In this document: positions 25,077 to 29,906 of the stretch, one piece after another
Layout: each line of letters begins with the position of its first letter
How positions within the stretch are numbered: the first letter of the stretch is position 1
Origin: a virus
Lineage: Duplodnaviria; Caudoviricetes
Reading direction: 5' to 3' (one strand)
Virus record (IMG/VR): IMGVR_UViG_3300044711_000137
Location: 1 to 29,906 of that record
DNA: 29,906 bases
Made by a program: the position numbers and the translations under genes
The notes under the pieces: generated by a model
Told to the model about the DNA's origin: nothing
Seen by the model: the letters and a program-made list of their open reading frames with translations, nothing else
The model's database searches: none

Positions 25077-26756
25077 ATGCCGACGACCATCCGGAACCCG
25101 ATTCCCGACTGGCTGCAACCGCAGAACGCGAGTGTGCTCGACCCGGCATGGGTGACGGCGCTCCGCACGATTGCCTCGGTGATTGGCGCCAACGATCCGC
25201 AGGCGCAGGTGACGGCGCTCATGGCGCCGATGAACGTGGGCGAGGTGGAGAGTCCGATCGCGAAAGTCGTCACCGCCATTGCCGCCAAGGTCAAGAGCCT
25301 CCGCGCGTCGCCGCAGGACGTCGCGGCGCTCGCGGAAAAACTGAAGCTGGCGACCGGCGGCAAGCCGAAGGCCGTCGCGGAGGTCGTCGCGGATCGCACG
25401 CACGCCCTGGGCGGCTTTTCCGTCAATCCGCGCACGGGCGAGATCCCACAAGAAGGCGTCATGGTCGGACGGTATCCGAACCAGAGCCAGCGCACGGCCA
25501 ATATGCCGCCGCAGGATCTGACACCGGCCGCCGTGACGAAGTTCCTGAAAGCGAACGCCGACGTGCTCGCCAAAGAGGAGAGGCGCCCGACGCATGTCGG
25601 GGGCTGGATGAAGAAGGACGAGGCGGGGACGCCGCTCGAAGCGTTCCTCGACGTCTCCGAGAAGCACGACACGGTGCGGTCGGCGACCAAGCGCGGCGAA
25701 TTACAGACGGATCCCGCCATGGTCCGCAACGCGAATGACACCTGGCCGAACGGACAAGAACAAGTCTATGACGTGGCCTCCGGGACGGAGTCTCCGGTCG
25801 GCAATCTGGCCGATTTTCTCCGGGGCGTCACGCGCGACAGCGACGGGCGGACCTTCCAGCAGCGCCTGGACGAGATGTTCACGGCCGGCGAGCCGGTCAT
25901 GGCGGACAAGCAGGACTGGTGGGGGCTGCCGGGGGGTCCCTACGAGGACGTCTACGGCCCGGACCGGCTGCGACAGAACGCCGGGTTCCTCGCGGCCACC
26001 TCGCCGGAGACGAAACCGATCGAGAACGCGCGCGTGGCAAGCGAATACACGCGCCGCGCGATCAAGGGGGAGCCGATCATCCAGCCGGACTACCGCATCC
26101 CCGACGACGCCGTCGCGTTCACGCCGGGGAAGCAGATGAAATACGAGCAGTCGCGGATCGCGAACCTCGAGAAAGCGGCGGCCGGCGACCTCGATGCGAT
26201 GCGGATGGACAAGATCAACGACATGGCGCACGCCAACATCGGCGATGACGTCTCGGTGATCGATCGCCGGTTCGCGAAAGTCGCCGAAGACCCCAAGGCC
26301 GGGATCTACGCAGGCGCCGAACCGAACCTCGTCGAGCCGGCGATGGACTACCACCCCGAGGGCGGGCCTGGGGCGTATGCGTGGTTCAGCAATGCGGTCA
26401 TTGACGGCGCGAAGCGCAATGGCATGACGGTCAAGAAATATAGCGCGACCGTCTGGGAAGGGATCGGCGAGACGATTCGCACGACCGGCGAACTGTTCGG
26501 CGTACCGCACCCGGCGAGCGCGATTCCGGAAGCCGAGGGCGGATTCAACGACATCTTGCCGAAGCTGGTCGCGGAAAAAGCCAGCAAACTCGGGATCACC
26601 GTGCCGGAGATGGTGCAGCGCCTCCGCAGTGGAGACGCCAACCTCCTCGCGGCGGTGCTTAGCACTCCTGCGGGTTTACAGGCGTATCGGGCGTGGGCGG
26701 CTCGGACGGGGGCGCCTCAGCCAGAATCGCCGCCAGCGGGCGGGCTGGACGATTGA
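25077..26756 (+). CDS. multi-domain putative internal/ejected protein
   Basis: Low-complexity ends flank two globular domains: GGFSV...GGW...FLDVS...QVYD and LAATSP...N...KI...NI.D..VIDR...Y...ATVW. Confidence 0.7.
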   Translation: MPTTIRNPIPDWLQPQNASVLDPAWVTALRTIASVIGANDPQAQVTALMAPMNVGEVESPIAKVVTAIAAKVKSLRASPQDVAALAEKLKLATGGKPKAVAEVVADRTHALGGFSVNPRTGEIPQEGVMVGRYPNQSQRTANMPPQDLTPAAVTKFLKANADVLAKEERRPTHVGGWMKKDEAGTPLEAFLDVSEKHDTVRSATKRGELQTDPAMVRNANDTWPNGQEQVYDVASGTESPVGNLADFLRGVTRDSDGRTFQQRLDEMFTAGEPVMADKQDWWGLPGGPYEDVYGPDRLRQNAGFLAATSPETKPIENARVASEYTRRAIKGEPIIQPDYRIPDDAVAFTPGKQMKYEQSRIANLEKAAAGDLDAMRMDKINDMAHANIGDDVSVIDRRFAKVAEDPKAGIYAGAEPNLVEPAMDYHPEGGPGAYAWFSNAVIDGAKRNGMTVKKYSATVWEGIGETIRTTGELFGVPHPASAIPEAEGGFNDILPKLVAEKASKLGITVPEMVQRLRSGDANLLAAVLSTPAGLQAYRAWAARTGAPQPESPPAGGLDD

Positions 26757-26895
26757 GCGAGGCCAGAAACCGATGGTAGGGCAGCAGCTTCCAGATCGCC
26801 TGGGCGGTCTGGTCATCCAGCGTCTCGCCGAAGAAGCGGCAGCGTTGTTTGACGAATTCGATCGTCTCGCTGGGGAGATGCGGCCAGTGTTTCAC
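26659..26895 (-). CDS. small antisense protein, probably leaderless
   Basis: TATACT (26907-26902) lies 6 nt before GTG; natural-looking N-terminal 45 aa occupying the + strand gap. Confidence 0.5.
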   Translation of the reverse strand: MKHWPHLPSETIEFVKQRCRFFGETLDDQTAQAIWKLLPYHRFLASLNRPARPLAAILAEAPPSEPPTPDTPVNPQEC

Positions 26896-26909
26896 AGACG
26901 GAGTATACC

Positions 26910-27074
26910 GTGATTACCGTGCGCTTTGCTTGCGGCCACACCGTCACCCTCGACGCGAACGTCTCGTCCGCGCCGGTCTGTCCGACCTGCGGCGAACGGC
27001 GGGTGAGTCGGGTGGACGCGCCCGCGCCGCGCTTCTCTGGGAGCTGCAGTGGTCCCTTGGTGACAAATCCATGA
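26910..27074 (+). CDS. 54-aa zinc-ribbon protein, FmdB-like (not in ORF track)
   Basis: GGAG RBS, GTG start; CGH...CPTCG...RV.AP..F.GS; ATGA overlap with the next gene. Confidence 0.7.
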   Translation: MITVRFACGHTVTLDANVSSAPVCPTCGERRVSRVDAPAPRFSGSCSGPLVTNP

Positions 27075-27589
27075 TGAATGATGCCCTCGGCGTCTCGTTC
27101 TCCCCGACCGGTAACGGCGGCCCCAACGCCCAGAAACCGACCCCGGTCCAGCAGGCGATTCAGACGTTGAGTCTCCGTGTGCCGTCCCATGTGGGCGCGA
27201 GCGCGTTCACGCCGCAAGCCTTGCTGCCCTCGCCGACGGAAAGCGGCGGCAGTGTCGGCGGCGCGCCGGACATGCTCCTGGAAGCCATCAAGCGGCTGCT
27301 GTTCGGGCCGGCGCAGCAAGGCACGCAGCCGGTGCCCGGCGGCGGGCCGGTGCTGCCCCCCGACGGGCAGGGGCCGATCCTCGGCACGCAGCCGGTCCCC
27401 GGTGGGCGGACCTTCGCGCCCGGGCCGCGCCCCGGGGTGGTCGTGAATCCAGGGGCAGGCCCCGGAGAGCCGCGCGCCCCGGCGCCGCCGCGCACCCTCG
27501 ACAACGCGCCCGCCGCGCAGCCGAGTGAAACCGCGATGCCGTCGGCGACCTTTCCCGTCCGCCCCCCGCGTCCGGATAACCGCGTATGA
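27071..27589 (+). CDS. Pro/Gly-rich protein
   Basis: ATGA overlaps at both ends; GTQPVPGG duplicated at 27320 and 27383. Confidence 0.7.
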   Translation: MMNDALGVSFSPTGNGGPNAQKPTPVQQAIQTLSLRVPSHVGASAFTPQALLPSPTESGGSVGGAPDMLLEAIKRLLFGPAQQGTQPVPGGGPVLPPDGQGPILGTQPVPGGRTFAPGPRPGVVVNPGAGPGEPRAPAPPRTLDNAPAAQPSETAMPSATFPVRPPRPDNRV

Positions 27590-29499
27590 GCAACCAGGCG
27601 AAGACGCAGAAAGGCACCCAGACGCGGGCCTACCAGCTCGTGCCGGTGGAAGACCCCTCCGGCGGGGTCGACCTGCGCACCTCGCCCACGTTGCTCCCCG
27701 CGAACCGCGCACGCTCGCTCATCAACTTCAGCCTGGAAGAACCCGGCGCGCTCGTCGTGCGCCCCGGCTATGTCCGCTTCTCGACCACGAGTCTCGGCGC
27801 CTCGCGCATTCAGGGCGGCGCGCGGATCTATCTCAATACGGCACTGCCGGCGCCGGCCTCCACGACGTTCACGCTCGTCGGCTGGAACGGCAGCGTGTAC
27901 ACCCTGTCGGATGCCGGGGTCTGGGGGACCCCGGGTCTGTCGGGGTTGTCCTCGACGAGTGAACTGCACTTTGTCACCGACCGCGATCTGGTCGCCGTCT
28001 TCGATGGCTCCACGACGCCGTGGAAGTCGACCAACGGCTCGAGCTGGACGCGGCTCGGGATCGCGGCGGGTCTCGTCTCCTCGACGGCCTCGAGCAAAGC
28101 GGGCGGGAGTCTGAGCACGTCGGAGTTCGAATTCGGCTACACCTACAAGGATCGCGACTTGGCGGTGGAGTCGAACGGCTCGACCGCGCTCTCGACCCTC
28201 AGCTTGGCCTCAACCGGCGCGGCGGAACTGCAGATCCCCAACAGCACCGATCCGCAGGTCGACGCGATTGTCGTCTACGCGCGCAACAAGACCTCCGGTG
28301 AAAGCGTGCGGCGCAAAGCCTCGAGCTTCGCCATGCAGGGCGGCGCGCATTCGACGGTGACGATCACGAGCTCGAACTGGACGACCAACGACGAGGAACC
28401 GACCGACCACGACGCGCCGCCGATTCTGAGCTTCGGCGTGGTGTGGAAGAACCGCTGGTGGGCGCGCTCGGGCACGCGCACCAACCGGTTGCACTTCACG
28501 CAACTCTTCCAGCCGCAAAGCTGGCCGGCGCTCTTCTACATCGACATCCCGTTCGAACGCGGCGACAGCATTCAAGCCTTGGTGCCGCTCGGCGATGCGC
28601 TGCTCATCTTCGGCAACACCAAAGTCTTCATCATCATCGGCACCTCGTCGCTCGATTTCACGGTGCGCCCGAGTATCGGCAGTCTCGACGGCGCGTTCGG
28701 CCCGCGCGCGGTGGCGATCATCGAAAACGGGGTCGTCCATGCCTCGGCCTCCGGCATCTACATCTTCGATGGCACCTCCGACAAGTTGTTGTCGTTCGAC
28801 CTCGACCCGGCGTGGCGCGATCTGACCTCGGCCTCGCAAGCGGATCTGGCGCGGCTCGCGATGGTCGCGCATCAGACGCGGAAGGAACTCCGGGTCAGTG
28901 TGCCGCGCTTGTTCCCGACCGGCGCCGAGGGGGAATGGGTGCTCGACCTGAACCGCACGCGCGTCAAGGGGGAAACCGCGTGGACCGCGACCGACCGCCA
29001 GATTGGCGGCTACATTCTGTGGGACGGCCCGGAGACCCTCGCCGCGAATCGCGGGCGCCTCTTCTCGTGGCACTCGACCGCGGCGCTCGTCTTCGAGGAA
29101 GCGATCGGCACGACCGCGAACAGTTCGAACATGACGGCCTCGTATGAAGGCCCGGGGCTGACCCTGGGCGCGTATCGCGGGCGCTGGGTGGACCTGCGCG
29201 GCGAGTACGAACCGCACGGCGGCGCCGCGTCGATTGAACCGGTGGTCGACAACGTCTCGCAGGGGATTCAAGCGTTGACCATCGGCAGTGGCCTGGCGAC
29301 CTACGACAGCACGGCGACCTATGACGCGGCGGTCTATGCGGGGGCAGGCCGGCGGCAGTGGGCGAAGACCCTCCCGCTCAGTGCCGACGGCCGCACGTTC
29401 GTCCTGAAGTTGAATTACAGCGGCCTCGAGCCGTTCCGGCAGTTCAGTTATCACGTCGGCCTGGTGCCGGAAAGCCGCAGCCGACTGTTCTCGGAGTAA
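27586..29499 (+). CDS. putative tail nozzle/stabilisation protein (P22 gp10/T7 gp12-like beta-propeller)
   Basis: GGVD...P...N...GAL..RPGY N-terminus, WKNRWW...NRLHF, GDSIQAL, LLIF and GIYIFDG; 637 aa. Confidence 0.7.
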   Translation: MSNQAKTQKGTQTRAYQLVPVEDPSGGVDLRTSPTLLPANRARSLINFSLEEPGALVVRPGYVRFSTTSLGASRIQGGARIYLNTALPAPASTTFTLVGWNGSVYTLSDAGVWGTPGLSGLSSTSELHFVTDRDLVAVFDGSTTPWKSTNGSSWTRLGIAAGLVSSTASSKAGGSLSTSEFEFGYTYKDRDLAVESNGSTALSTLSLASTGAAELQIPNSTDPQVDAIVVYARNKTSGESVRRKASSFAMQGGAHSTVTITSSNWTTNDEEPTDHDAPPILSFGVVWKNRWWARSGTRTNRLHFTQLFQPQSWPALFYIDIPFERGDSIQALVPLGDALLIFGNTKVFIIIGTSSLDFTVRPSIGSLDGAFGPRAVAIIENGVVHASASGIYIFDGTSDKLLSFDLDPAWRDLTSASQADLARLAMVAHQTRKELRVSVPRLFPTGAEGEWVLDLNRTRVKGETAWTATDRQIGGYILWDGPETLAANRGRLFSWHSTAALVFEEAIGTTANSSNMTASYEGPGLTLGAYRGRWVDLRGEYEPHGGAASIEPVVDNVSQGIQALTIGSGLATYDSTATYDAAVYAGAGRRQWAKTLPLSADGRTFVLKLNYSGLEPFRQFSYHVGLVPESRSRLFSE

Positions 29500-29502
29500 C
29501 GG

Positions 29503-29906
29503 ATGCCTGCATCGTTTCCCTCCGCCGCGAAGACCTTCACCAGCCGCGCCGCCGGGCAGGTGATTGCCTCGGCGCACCTCAACGACCTGCAGGACGAAGT
29601 CAACGCGGTGGAAACCGACCTCGTGGCCGGCAAGGTCGGCGGCGTCGCCGCGGCGCGCTTGACGGCGCAGACCTTCACCGGGATCCAGCAGGTCCCCGGC
29701 GGGGCGGTGGCCGCCGTCGGCCTCGGCGTCGGCGCGGCGAATGTCGGCCTCTATGCCTCGAGCACGAGCACGCTGGAAGTGGCCGCCGCGGGCGTGAAGG
29801 CGATCGGCATCACAGCCACGGCGATTAGTTCGCCGGTCCAGCCGCGGTGTTCCGTGTTCCACAGTGTCGCGCAAACCGTCCAGACGAGCAGCGCCACGGC
29901 GCTGAC
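29503..29906 (+). CDS. tail fibre/spike N-terminus (3'-truncated)
   Basis: GGAG RBS; MPASFPSAAKTF...IASAHLNDLQDEVNAVETDL, a typical fibre anchor motif; frame open to the window end. Confidence 0.7.
   Translation, partial: MPASFPSAAKTFTSRAAGQVIASAHLNDLQDEVNAVETDLVAGKVGGVAAARLTAQTFTGIQQVPGGAVAAVGLGVGAANVGLYASSTSTLEVAAAGVKAIGITATAISSPVQPRCSVFHSVAQTVQTSSATAL

Noticed and set aside
1-29906. tRNA, rRNA, integrase/att, lysis and tape-measure genes; host assignment
   Set aside because: None recognisable in this window; lifestyle and host cannot be determined from it.

Overview
This is a high-GC, almost entirely + strand fragment of a tailed dsDNA phage or prophage. No integrase, lysis genes, host housekeeping genes or genome ends are visible. 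Left part (1-6130): HNH nucleases, a TGT/DpdA-like TIM-barrel gene, a short C5-cytosine methyltransferase, a small antisense operon with its own sigma70 promoter, a DUF1376-type replication initiator with internal iteron-like repeats, and a DUF1064-like nuclease. Right part (6205-end): terminase, podovirus-type portal, GroES, scaffold, Mu gpT-type major capsid protein, a series of Ser/Thr-rich virion proteins, adaptor, a multi-domain putative internal protein, nozzle and the start of a tail fibre. The standout feature is a sugar-modification cassette inside the head operon, between scaffold and capsid: HIGH-motif cytidylyltransferase, SAM methyltransferase, GT-B-like glycosyltransferase, NeuB, cupin, NeuA and a second putative transferase. 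It coincides with a strong enrichment of N-x-S/T and S-[S/T] motifs in accessory and tail virion proteins but not in the major capsid protein. Together these suggest a phage-encoded virion glycosylation system using a nonulosonic (sialic-acid-like, possibly KDN) sugar. All family calls come from motif recognition by eye; no database searches were run.
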